Origin: the human T2T-CHM13v2.0 reference genome, Homo sapiens
Length of the DNA stretch: 64,000 nucleotides
NCBI RefSeq assembly: GCF_009914755.1
Contig: NC_060939.1
Reading direction: 5' to 3' (one strand)
A program made the translations under genes and the position numbers. Below the pieces are notes generated by a model, which saw only the letters and a program-made list of their open reading frames with translations, was not told the origin of the DNA and made no database searches. Shown piece by piece: positions 26,356-64,000 of this stretch. Position 1 is the stretch's first letter. Each line of letters begins with the position of its first letter.

Positions 26356-26989
26356 TGGGGGTGGAGGAGTGAGTGGGGGTGGAGGGTCCAAGATGGCTGA
26401 GTTTCTAACTGGGGATTCCAAGAAATAGTGATGCCAGGACCTAAGAAAATGGGGCTAGAAGAGGAAGGGCAGGTTTGGGCAGTGGGGCCATGGGCATAGC
26501 TTTTGACTGGTTGCCTGTCGAAGGCTGAGATGCCTGTTGAAGGCTGGCCTAATAGGCCTGAGTACGCATTCAAGGCCAGTACTCAAAATTGATCAGGGCT
26601 GGCAATGACAACTTGCAGTCATCAGGGGGCAGAGCTGGGGAGTAGTTAAAGTTGTTGGACGGCTCTAGTAGCCTCAGACGCTACTAGTTAAAATGTCAAG
26701 CTTCGCCCTTATGGTTTACCAAGTGTTTCCATAACTCATGACTGTTGTCAAGCCACAGATAGAGAAGACAATGTGGCCCCTTTGTGGAAAGATCACTGGC
26801 TTTAGGGATGGTCAGATTCAAGGTGGCATCCCAGCTCCACCCCTTACTGCCTGACCCAGTCTCCAGGTCCTCATCTGTAAAGTCAGGATAATCAGGGCTG
26901 TATTGGGGATGAAGTCTAAGAAGGTATGGCCAACCCAATATTCTGAAACCTGGCACATAAAGGGAAAGAAGCACTGATGCTTATTTTTC

Positions 26990-28235
<1,246 letters not shown>

Positions 28236-28457
28236 GGGAAAGAAGATGAGAAAAGTACCTGGCACACAGTAGCAGATCAATAAATGATAGCTTAGGGTTA
28301 TTTTATGATGTGCAAACTGTACTTCAGGGAGATTAAGTAACTTACCCAAAGTCACACAGAATTGGCAACCATGACCTACTTCTCAGAAAGTCCTAGGCCT
28401 GTGTAGCCCAGTTGGGCAGCAACAATAATCACAAAAGCGACTCAGTGAAATTGAATT

Positions 28458-28463
28458 TTTATT
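28458..28463 (-). terminator. SPG21: SPG21 poly(A) signal AATAAA
   Basis: tttatt on the + strand; GU/U-rich element downstream on the - strand (~28415-28437). Confidence 0.85.
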
Positions 28464-29039
28464 CCAAATGACTAATATCTAGAAAGGCAGTAGCTAACAC
28501 TCAAAACAATTTGTTTAAGTGTAAATTAAAAGCAGTTGATTTGCAGGAGAGCAAACAGTGGGGTAGTGGCCATGGCACTCTGATCATGGTTATATCCAAG
28601 AAAGCATAAAATAACCAATGTCCTGATATGCAATCTGGATGTGCAGCATTTACAGCAAACAACATAAAAAGAAAGAAAGAAGAATGGAAAAGAAAAGAAG
28701 AAAAAAACCACCACAAAGTCCCAAACCTCAGAAATTAACATTCACTTAAGAACACAGTGGTGAAGACTTTTGGTAGCAAAATTTGCACGGTTCTTAAAAT
28801 GGGAGTCTTCAAAAGTACTTCTTCAAATTCAAAAGCTAAGAAAACCAAAGAGGGAACAGTTACACAGGCTTAGTGGAGATGCCGCCTGTCATGAAGATGA
28901 CCATCAGTCCTACTTCCCAGACACAGTGAGAACCGGTGAGCCTGACGAACCTGAAGGAAAAGGCCGGCTGACGGGTGCTGATGCCACTGACTATACAAGA
29001 ACACACCGGGTCAACTCATCATTGACAGCGAGAGACACA

Positions 29040-31420
<2,381 letters not shown>

Positions 31421-32037
31421 TGGGGTCGGGGGAAATTCTACCATGAATTTCCTTTTTCCTCAAATATAGCTAAGTAGATTAACAGAATATTAATAGAGAA
31501 CAATCATTGCAAATGTCAATAAGTTTCAAAAAGATCACGAAGCCCCAAAAGAACTTTTTACTTTTATCATTAATTTAAAGCAATAAACTAAGTCATTTAG
31601 GCTCAGTGAAAAAAATTCCAAAAAAATGTAGAGTACAAGCTATTCTTTCTTGGGGAAACCAGTTTGCAGCATATGATTCTAGACATCCTTCAATACCCAT
31701 ACACATTTACGTTTTTACATGCAACAAAATTTTTCAAAAAGTAAAATAAGCAAAAAAAATTGTATACTAAATATACCATACCAAATCTGTATGTTTAAGT
31801 GCATCTCCAACTAAAACTTACAGGCTGTTTTCAGTGACCATGAACCCAGGCAGTGAGCACAGCTTTGAAAGAAGGGCAGGCAGAGCAAATGTCCTGTGAG
31901 GACCATTGAAAAACTTGTTCTATGTTATGGCAAATGTCAGAATGCAGCGATTATGGCAGAGGATGATAAGAAGTTGTTTACACGCTTATAATGAATAATT
32001 TCCCAACAAAAACCAATTATTAAAAATACCATATTAT

Positions 32038-34445
<2,408 letters not shown>

Positions 34446-34658
34446 TATTTTGATTTCAATGGTGTTATTCCTGCCAGAAAGAAATCCAAGATAAGCAATA
34501 AACAGATTATTTTGGAATTGAGAAAGCTGGAGGGTAAAAACAAAAGCCAAGGCAGCATTTGAAGAGGCACATTGAAAGTTATCAAATAGTTTTATAGGAG
34601 ATCTTGACATACACATTTTAAAAAGTAAAGCAGCTATTTTACTTAAAAGGAAGCTTAC

Positions 34659-34766
34659 ATCCATAATAGTTACAGGTATGTCCCGAATTTTATGAGGTTC
34701 CACATAAGAATTTTGACAATTCAAGGTAAGTCTTGAAGCCAGTTCACTCTGACCCAAACTTTCTAG
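34659..34766 (-). CDS. SPG21: SPG21 exon 7 ([16 protein letters not shown]...PVTIMD)
   Basis: 108 nt, phase 0/0; ttcctgcag| and |gtaagc. Confidence 0.97.
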
Positions 34767-35518
34767 CTGCAGGAAGAAACACAGGTAAAGTTTTTGAAAT
34801 AATTTTGTTTTTCACATTTACATTAAATCCACAGACAACATTTGTGCTTATAAAGGTGGTATCATCTGTGGTGGGGCCAGAAAAGTCATCAGTGAGGAAC
34901 CACAACTTAGGTGAGAGACCATGAACTGGGCTTCTCAGGAGGTTGTGGCATTTTTCTATTCTGGAAACCTGGGTACAAACCAATGAAACCCGGCCTTCTA
35001 CAGCCCTCAGCCTACACTGCCTACTCCAGCCAGGTGCCCATGGGCAGCAAGCCAATTCCTACTGCTCAAAGGTGACAGATATATGTTTTTGTTTTTGTTT
35101 TTTTTTTTAAGATAAACCTTTAAGGGATCTTAAAAGAGATTTGAGAAATCATCTAGCCCAGCAGTTCCTAAATGCAAGCCAACAGACCTGGTTCATCAGA
35201 TTTACCTGGTGGGTAGAGGAAAAGTGTGAAGTAAAAATAGATTCCCAGATCCCATGCCCAGGGATTCCAGATGGATGATCTGCTGTGAGGCCTTACAATC
35301 TGTATTTTTGAAAGCTCCCCTAAGTGATTTTGATGAATAGCTGGTGGGAAGCACTAATGTAGGCAAGCCCTTACCAGCAATAATATCTGCTCAGATGTAT
35401 TACTCTGCTTAGCAAATACCTCTTACACATACTTGTGAGACAGATCTATCTTCTGGAACCAAGTAGATGTGAAAATTCCCAATACAATGTGTCCCCAACC
35501 CAATGTCATGATCCTTAC

Positions 35519-35627
35519 CCTGTCTACCATGAAATCAATGGCATCAGCCATCATAGGGTCCACCGGGCCAGATGAAAAATTTCCAAGAACTATTTTTTTG
35601 AGCATAAATGCAGGCATCAGCCAAAAG
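35519..35627 (-). CDS. SPG21: SPG21 exon 6 ([12 protein letters not shown]...DFMVDR)
   Basis: 109 nt, phase 2/0; ttttacag| and |gtaagg. Confidence 0.97.
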
Positions 35628-36138
35628 CTGTAAAACACAAAGACCTTATAATTTAAACTTCCAAGACTACACATGGCAAATATTCATTCAACATTAAAGC
35701 TTTGTATTAGCTTGGGATCTAGAAATAAAAAGTCCTAATCCCCTCCTCCAAAGAGCTCAGCATCTAGTTTTTACACACACTTTCCCAAGCTTCCAAAGAG
35801 TTATGGCTTCATATAATTAAACTTTTATTTGAGGATTTAGGATAATTATAAGAGATATTTCAAAATACCTTTACTGAGATAGACATTCTGATGAGTCCAA
35901 GATTGTTTTTTTTCTCTAATTGGCCCTATTTCCAAGGATTAAACTATTTCTTTTGGAAAACTGAATATTAAGAGAAGTATTCTTTCCTTCTGGTTGATAT
36001 TATGTTTTTATCGATTGATATTTCAAAACAGATTTCAAAATACCAATATGAAAGCTATTGCACCTCCCCAAATTTGCTACTATTAGATTCAACTTGGCTA
36101 ATTCAAGGCAAATTGATATTTATAGATTTATTTTTTAA

Positions 36139-39946
<3,808 letters not shown>

Positions 39947-40002
39947 TCAAAAGCCAACATTTTCAAAATTTCACTGAACAAAAAAAGTAATTTTGTTCTT
40001 AC

Positions 40003-40148
40003 CTGTTTGCAGTCCAAGTTTGGTTGAAGATAGAGGTGTCACTGAAGGAATTGCAGAGGATTAGGGAATGGACTCTAGGAGATTTGTGAGTGTATTCAGC
40101 AAATTTCTGGGCCAAAAAGCCTCCCAAAGAAGCGCCAAAAAGATGAAC
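40003..40148 (-). CDS. SPG21: SPG21 exon 5 ([10 protein letters not shown]...QTWTAN), containing the nucleophile-elbow motif
   Basis: 146 nt, phase 0/2; aattag| and |gtaaga; G-x-S-x-G-G motif. Confidence 0.97.
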
Positions 40149-40409
40149 CTAATTATAAACAAATATAAGGCAGATTCTGAAATACTGATCAATCTTGAAC
40201 CTGAGTATTAAAAAGTTGCTTCAATTATCACTAACCACAGAATATGTTATCACTAGCCAATAGACTAAAATATTTACAGCAGCTAGAAATTTAGAAAATA
40301 TTGTATTTAAATGCAATTTATACAGTCCATCAAGATAATACAACTTGGCATCCAAGTTATATAATTAAAAAAAATATCATTCACAGATTGCATTAGAAAA
40401 CAAAACCAG

Positions 40410-41842
<1,433 letters not shown>

Positions 41843-41875
41843 TTGTATGTATGTAATTAGTTTCAGGGTACTCAC

Positions 41876-41956
41876 TTTATCCAATTGTAAATGGTCTAAA
41901 AGTTTTCTGAATCCATCACAGAACTCGAGATGGTCCCAATAAACTGGATACTGCAA
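41876..41956 (-). CDS. SPG21: SPG21 exon 4 ([27 protein letters not shown])
   Basis: 81 nt, phase 0/0; tatttcag| and |gtgagt. Confidence 0.97.
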
Positions 41957-42474
41957 CTGAAATAATAACGATAATTTTATTTTTAAAAATCATAAGAGTA
42001 AAAATGCAACTCACGTATTTGAAAAACTTAGGACTCAAACAGTGACATTTCTCGTTTGCTCAAGCGCTGCTCCTTATTCAAAATATGTAAAAATAAGCTC
42101 TCACTTTTTACTAAACTTCATATTTCACATTTTTCTAACAGACCAAATTAAAAGAGTATAAAAAGTAAGCACACTCTAATGATATTACGTGAGTAACAAT
42201 TTCAATTCCCATCAATTTCCTTTCTAAATAGCTGAAAAAGTCTGGGGTTCAAGGATGAATACAGCAGAACCCATTCCAGTAAAGAAATACCGTTTTCTCT
42301 TAAATCTAATTTCATTCAGAATTATGGCTCAGGAGAGATGGAAACAAAATTTGTTCTAAGGAGAGCTTCCTCTCTTTTTGGTAGCATTTCTTTAAGAGGG
42401 TATTCAGTAAAATTGTTCCTCTTCTTTTAAATGACTTAGTTACTCTATTTCATTTATTGTACTTTGGGGTGTCT

Positions 42475-43875
<1,401 letters not shown>

Positions 43876-45688
43876 CTCCCCCAAAAACCTCGTCTAACAG
43901 GCTTACTGTTTAAGCACTTAGGTTCATTTTGTTATTGATGAATCACTGGAATGGATACTGCCATATGAATTATGGAATCATTTTAGATTTGATGTATGAC
44001 TTTCATTATTAAAATTCTATTTGTGGATAAGACTTCCACCATTCCAAGAAAGAATGGGGAACTGATTCTACCTAGCAGAAAGTTTGAGAATTTGAGTCAG
44101 ATGATAGCCTAAAAGAAAGGGGATGATACTTTCATGGAGTCTTTAATTTATAAATATCCATGCCCACACAGGTGACAAAATTATATGCAACTTAATACAT
44201 ACAAACAAATGAGTTCAAGCAGAACTGGGGAAGCCTGAATGAGATTGGTAGATTGTAGTAATATCAATATCCTGGTTGTGATTTTGTACTACAGTTTTGC
44301 AAAGGTTCGGCAGAAACTGGGGAAATGTGTAAAAGGTATATTTCTCTTTACTATTTTTTACACTGCATGTGAATCTACAATTACAACAACAAAAAAATTT
44401 AAATTAAAAAGATCTGTGCATTTTAACTGCTAGATACTAACAAATATTAAATAAGTTCCAAAACCTCATGGAGCTGAACATTCTGATCACATCTTGATGA
44501 CAAAATAATTTTGAAGACACTGTTGACCTTTTCTTGATTAACTCTCCTCCTAATGAAACAGGGAAAGCGCACAACAAGAACCTTGAGAGTGAAGAAGAAA
44601 CATCCAGCCAGAAGCCAAGGCTCTCATGACCTGCCACTGTGGAGCGAGAAACACACTGCTGGACAGCACTCCCGAGTGGGACGGGCGCCTATGGGTTGCT
44701 CGGTTTCCCCCTCCCTGGCTGATCAACAGGGGCCACCAAAAATGGTAGTGTCATGTCTCAGGCTGCAGAGGGCTGGGATGAGGGCAGTTCCCACCCTGTT
44801 CTAGAATGCTGTTTGTGAAGAGGAATGACTGAAAATCTGAACAAAGGAGGATTATGTTGCAGAGGCTCAAACATGTCACGTGAGGAATGGTTAAAGAAGC
44901 TGGAGAAATTAAGCCAGAGAAGAAAAGACCCAGGAGAAAAGCAGCAGGTAGTGATGATAACTGTTTTCTCAAGTAAGAGACGGGCTCTCAGGAGGAAGAG
45001 GAACTGATTTCCTTTGTGTGGCCTCAGTTGGTGGTAACCTCAGTAGAATTTTCAGTTACCTTCCAAAAGGAGAGACGTGACCTGCCTTTTCATCCCTTTA
45101 AACAGTAAATAAAACGTACACTAACAGCAGTACTCCCACTGGGAGTACCACTTACAAGTGAATACTGCAGGCGACTGCCAGCTAAAGAGACTCTCTCCTT
45201 CCTGGAAAATTAGGAGACCAATGTCCTGACCAATGTGGAAGCATGCAAAAAAAAAAAAAAAAAATCAGTCACCAGGAAGAGTGCCTTTCCCACACACCTT
45301 TCTCCCAGAGAAGACTCAAGAATGATCAGTGGGAAACTGGATTTAGACCAAACTCAGCTATAAAGTAACAATCAGGAACAAAAAAACTTCCTAACCAAAT
45401 GCTAACATATGAGCTAATTAATGAATCTCACCTCAAATATCAAAGATTTACATGAAAAGCCAGCTTTTCAAGTCACTTGTATGTTAGCAAATCCCTTTGT
45501 TGTCTAATATTCCATGCTCAGCAACCCTGGAAGCAGTGCTGTGATAAAATGAGGAGCAGAAACAGAGCCAGGAGACGGAGCTCAGTTCCTCCCTCCACCA
45601 CTACTGGCTGTGTGAGCCAGACCTCAGTTTCTTCATCTGTAAAGAAGGACAACGCTTCCTACCGCTCTGAGTTGAGAGAAGGGCGTCA

Positions 45689-48700
<3,012 letters not shown>

Positions 48701-48913
48701 ATGAGTACAGTTACACTTGCTTTCACTCTAAAATGAGTCTCAAAAGTTGACTGTACATGACAGGGAAGGAGTGAACTTAATCCTCTGCAACCCACAGTCA
48801 TGATACTCGGCAGTAACCTTTACTCTCAAACACTACTAAGACATGACATCTAAATCACACACAAAAACAATACAAGATTTTGCAAATAAGAGGTATAGTA
48901 AAACCATACATAC

Positions 48914-48976
48914 CTTTTTAAGGGGAACTGTACCTCTAAACCAGTTATAATCAGGAGAGACTTTAATCTCTCCCAT
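48914..48976 (-). CDS. SPG21: SPG21 exon 2 coding part ([21 protein letters not shown]); exon spans 48914-49000
   Basis: Acceptor tttatttcag| at 49000; in-frame upstream TAA; Kozak ATCATGG; donor AAG|gtatg. Confidence 0.97.
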
Positions 48977-49192
48977 GATTAGCTGAAATGGAGGTTAATC
49001 CTGAAATAAAAGCATGTGATATTTCACGTCAAGAATTCATGTTTACATCAGAACTAAATGTAGAGTCTCATCTAGCTATACCAACAATATTTTAAAGAAG
49101 AAAGCCAAGGAAACTGGCTATTTTGTCAGTATATAGTCCAACTACAGAAAACAATTTGGTGAAATACTACAATCACAGAATCAGAAGCACTC

Positions 49193-54403
<5,211 letters not shown>

Positions 54404-54679
54404 TTACTCCTTAATTTGTTGAATCTTTGTGCCAAAAGGAGCTGAACCAGTGTAGGTGGAGACAAAGGAAGCAGCATAAATGTCTAACTTATAACTCCCC
54501 AGGAAAACGAGAAGAGGAAAAATGAGACACTCCGGTCCCGCTCTGTTCCTCATCCCCCGTTTACAAACCTTACACCTGGCCCACACTCAGTAACAACAAA
54601 GACATCTATCACTTTCAGGCCGAGGTCCTGTCTCCAAAATTACTGGCCTCTGCTCACAGTTCTTAAAAGTTTGCTGAGA

Positions 54680-54709
54680 AAAAAAGAAAGAAAGAAAGAA
54701 AGAAAGAAA
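54680..54709. repeat. (GAAA)n microsatellite
   Basis: About 6 units, seen directly. Confidence 0.85.
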
Positions 54710-54759
54710 TGTTCCTGGGCTGCAGTCGTGTAGCCCCAGGATGGGTTTACAGGAGGATG

Positions 54760-55700
54760 CCCCGGTTAAGCCCTGTGCCGCCCCCACCTCCCGCTGGAGA
54801 CTCACACACAGCTCCCCGCCAGTCCCACCGGTGACAGCCACACAAAGGCAGGGTCACAAGCACACCGACCACCCCACAGCCCAGATTCGGCCCCAGACAC
54901 ACACTCACAAGGGCACGTGATCACGTGCGTGGTCACATGGACCGGCCCACTCAGAACACACTCACAAAGTCACACCAACCAAGGCAGCCACGCGCCACAC
55001 ACACACACCTACAACCCCGCATACCGCACACCCAGCCGCTTCCCAGGGCTTCGCCCACCCTCACCTGCCGTGGCCGCCCCCACGTCCCTTCCCCTCCTTC
55101 AGGAGGCCGCTCTTCGCTCCAGTACGAGCGCGGGCCGTGGAGGCGGCTGGGCCCGGGTCGGGGCGGGCGGCGGAGCACTCGGGACCCACGGGCACAGCAG
55201 GCTGCGCGGTGCGTGCGGGAGGCCGGCCTCTGAGGGGGCGGGGCGCGTGGCCGAGCGAGCTTGGGCCGCCGCGCTCCCCCCGCCCGACCGCCGCTCAGCT
55301 GGCGCGAGACTCCCGCTTCCGGGTTCTCAGAGGGCGGGGCCACGTCGCGAGGAAGGGGCGGTGCTGCGTGGCCCCGGCGGTCGCCACGGCGACGGGCGCG
55401 GGGGGAGGCTCCGTGGGATGCTTGGCTGCGGCTGGCGTGAGGAGAGGGCTGAGTTACGTCTGGGTCAGCCTTAGTTCTGCCCTACGTACCTAGGAGGAGG
55501 AGGAGGTGGAGGAGGCGCCTGGCCCCTTGGGACCTGCTTCTTCTTTCAGTTCGCGTTTTCTCTGTCGTGTACAGCTTTGGAGGGACACCTTTGGGTTCCA
55601 GACTTTGATGAACACAACTTTGTATACTCTTTTCTTAGGAACATTTTTTTTCCTTTGGCACAACCGTAGACGCTCTCCGTAGTCCTCCACTCAAAGCCTC
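54760..55700. promoter_or_regulatory. SPG21: CpG-island promoter of SPG21 with GC boxes, an ETS site and E-boxes
   Basis: Very high CpG/GC content; GGGGCGGG(G)-type GC boxes at ~55160, 55235 and 55332; CCGGAAGCG (ETS/GABPA) on the - strand at ~55314-55322; CACGTG at 54914 and 54922. Confidence 0.9.
55065..55330 (-). other. SPG21: SPG21 exon 1 (non-coding 5' UTR; TSS approximate)
   Basis: Donor CAG|gtgagg on the - strand at 55065/55064; lies within the CpG island; no upstream ATG seen in this segment. Confidence 0.75.
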
Positions 55701-56554
55701 CGCTTCCTTTTTGACGTTCTGGGGATTTCTGGGAACATACGCCCACCCATCTTCCTGTTCCTTCATCACTTTTCCCTTAAAATCAGAGAGAATATTAATA
55801 CATTTGTAATCATTGTTCTTAAGGTGTTGCAGACGTCACGTCTTAAGGTGTTCCAGACTTCACGACTCCTTTTTTATTAGTAAAATATTTCTGAAATTAT
55901 GATAAGGTGAATAACATGTAAATCTCCTTGTTTTGAATTTTTTTTTTAGGGATCCTGCAACAAGGTCCTGTTGAAAGTGCCTCTCTCTAATATGTTTTAG
56001 GGAAAGCTTGTACCCTGTTTTAGGGCCTGTAGACTTTGCCTTTACCTAGGCAACTGTTTATGGGATTAAGGTCAGGGAAGATTCCAACTAAATTGCATCC
56101 TACTTAGTTATCACTTCTGTCCCCTGGCCCAGGAGCCTTGGGTTCCACTCTAGAACTTGGACAAATCCCAAAAGCATTTTCCAAAAGCACGGTGACATAC
56201 TTACCTTTTTCTTTCTTTCTTTCTTTTTTTCTCTAAATCATTTCTTTCGGGGTTGCAACTCAGTCGCAGGAATTCATCTTTTATTGTAAGCACCACATAG
56301 ATGTATAGAGCACGTTTCCGTGGAGTATTTTAAGTTGGGGGCCTTTTCTCCAACATTTGGAATCGTTTAATGGGTGGAATAACTTGCAAACTACTGGTTG
56401 TCTCTGAAACTGGTTATGGATATTCATTACATTAGTTGTCTATTTTCCCAGGTGGTCTCGAAGCTTCAATCTAGAGCAAAGGGAATAGAGTGATTCCACC
56501 AGTCCATTAGCACATGATTAGCCCATAAATAATAGGTACTAAATGTATATTGAT

Positions 56555-61096
<4,542 letters not shown>

Positions 61097-61639
61097 GTGA
61101 GCCACCACGCCTAACCAAGTATATTATTTCTATTCCTCATGACAATCTTTGCAAAGTAGGTACAATTTTAATTTCATGGATAGGGCCATACATGGAGAGG
61201 CTCAGTAACCAGCCTAGGCTTACAGTCAGTGGCAGGGCTAGGCTCATGTGAGGTTTGTTGACTCTAAGACTCTGCCCCTCAAAGTCATATATTTTCACCT
61301 TGAAATTGTTTGATAAATATGAAGAAAAATGGTGAAAATAGGTTGAACTGACTTAAATACAAAGTATAAAGCAACAAACATCCTTTGGGTAGCTATTCTC
61401 GAGAACTCAATTTTATGCTCAGAAATGTTTCTTTTGTCCCCCAAACCAAATGAAGAATAAAATCCTTCTTTAAAACAAAATCTCCTGTAGTCTTTGGGTT
61501 CTAATCCTAGTATTGTCACTACCTAGCTGTTGCTAGGCCCCTGTTTCATCATCTCTAAAAAGAAATTTTGAGTTATATAGATCCTTCCCTACTTGAAAAT
61601 TCTTTTGCTCCTATTGGTCTAAAGACATTTCCAATAGCG

Positions 61640-62490
61640 TAAAAGTTCCTCTAAAAACTACAAATAGAGCTACCATATGATTCATCAATCCCACTACCAG
61701 GTAGTCATCCAAAGAAAGAGAAATCAATATATCGAAGAGACATCTACACGCTCATGTTTATTGCAGCAGTAGCCTCAATAGCCAGGATATAGAATCAACC
61801 TAGATGTCTAACAACTGAAGAATGGACAAAGAAAATGAGGTATATATACACAATGGAATACTATTCAACCATAAAAAGAATGAAATCCTGCCATTCAAGG
61901 CAACATGAATGGAACTGTAGGACATTATATTTCTCAGGGTCCTCCAGAGAAACAGAACCATCAGAATGTATGTGTAGAGAGAAAGATTTATTATAAGGAA
62001 TTGGCTCATGTGATTATGGAGGCTAAATCCCCAAATATGCAGTTGGCGAGCTTGACAAATAAGTGAAATAAACCAGGAACAGAAAGTTAAACACTGCGTG
62101 TTCTCATTCGTATATGGAACCTTAAATGAAGCTGATCTCATAGAAGTAGAAAGCAGAATAGAGGTTATTAGAGACCTGAAAGGGTAGAGGAAAGGAAGGG
62201 ATAGGGAGAGATTTATTAAAGGATGCAAAATTACAGCTAGATAAGAGGAACAAGTTCTAGTGTTTCATAGCACTGTAGGATGACCATAGTTAACAATAAT
62301 GTATATTTTCAAACAGCTACAAGAGAGAATATTGAATGTTTCCAACACAAGAAATGATAAATGTTTGAGATGATGGATATCTAATTACGTTGATCTGATC
62401 CCCTCACATTATTATATGTGTCAAAGCATCACAATGTACTCCATAAATATATACAATTATTATGTGTCAATAAGAAATCAAAATAAATAA
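61640..62490 (+). mobile_element. L1MA-like 3' end
   Basis: aaatagagctaccatatgattc...caatggaatactattc...gtttgagatgatggatatctaattac...A-rich tail. Confidence 0.88.
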
Positions 62491-62582
62491 GGGTATCTTC
62501 TTCCACAAGCTGTTGCTACCATTCAGAGGAGAAAATGTTGTAGGCCCAAAGAAGGGATTATAGTAGCATTTGACTGTGGTGA

Positions 62583-63380
<798 letters not shown>

Positions 63381-64000
63381 GATGACAACAATAGCTACCA
63401 TTTATTGAGGGTGTACTATATGCCAGGCACTTCCCAGATGTATTCCTATTCTGCAAGGCAGGTATTACACATGTTTTTAAACTGAGAAATGAGTTTTAAA
63501 ACTTTCAGCAACTTGTCCTGAGTCACTCAACTAGTAACTAGCAAGAAAATTTGTTTTTGAGTCTGATGCAAAGCATATGTTTTTCAGCAATGACAAGAAC
63601 CAAAATAGAAGCATCTTGCATAAGGAGGCAACGTATTTGCAAATACATCCTTTCAACTAAAGCATAAAGTAGACTGTGTTCTACCTTCCTGGGAGGACTC
63701 TGGACTCTGGGCCAACACGTAGCTCAGATTAACATGCATCTCTTATGCTAGTTAAAACTATTACCGCTGTAGCAGAAAAATTATTTGATGAGTGTGGTAA
63801 ACTGCAGAGTCCCATATCCAGAGATTCTGATTCAATGTCGGCAGTAGAGTCCAGGAATCTATTCCAGGTGATTCTGGTTCAGATGAGAAACGCTACTCAG
63901 TCACACTGGATTGTGGTTTCTACAGGGGCCTGAAAAAAGAGTGGGTCATATGGTTTCCTGAGGCCTGTCTGGGATGTGCATCATTTACTTTCTTGAAGAA

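Noticed and set aside
34659-34766. Possible Mast-syndrome frameshift in SPG21 exon 7
   Set aside because: The exon is 108 nt and in frame; the whole CDS reads intact to 308 aa.
45130-45148. Small palindrome GTACTCCC-act-GGGAGTAC
   Set aside because: 8-bp arms are expected by chance in 64 kb, and the spacing does not fit the EBF motif.
54560-54970. Extra minus-strand gtgagt/gtaag donors suggesting an alternative SPG21 first exon
   Set aside because: Several candidates exist and none can be chosen without transcript data.
54917-55493. GC-rich ORFs of 102-185 aa over the CpG island
   Set aside because: Stop-poor because of GC content; mostly non-ATG starts; no recognisable protein.

Overview
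Primate (human-like) genomic DNA, recognisable as the ANKDD1A-SPG21 locus (human 15q22.31, identified from the translated proteins). The + strand carries the 3' half of ANKDD1A: three ankyrin-repeat exons, two death-domain exons, then three competing 3' ends. These are (i) an exon ending in a CaaX box (ENIRKKANAAPSAPRRCTAM*, 16253-16314), (ii) an exonised antisense Alu (GWSTMARSQ...PQPPE*, 22523-22608) and (iii) a donor read-through. Between (i) and (ii) lies a ~3.9-kb near-pure C/T (TTC.GAA-type) tract joined to an Alu tail. The - strand carries the complete SPG21 (maspardin) gene: a non-coding exon 1 in a CpG island (~55.1-55.3 kb) and 8 coding exons totalling 927 nt (308 aa + stop, all GT-AG), with a poly(A) signal at 28458-28463. 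The rest is repeat-rich: about 65 Alu elements or fragments by manual count, plus old L1, MIR, MER/Tigger DNA transposons and MLT/LTR16 LTRs. The most interesting signal is the retrotransposon-remodelled ANKDD1A 3' end, which could toggle a prenylation signal. Next is a palindromic double E-box (CLEAR-like) just inside SPG21 intron 1. Repeat family names come from recalled consensus sequences, and repeat boundaries are approximate.
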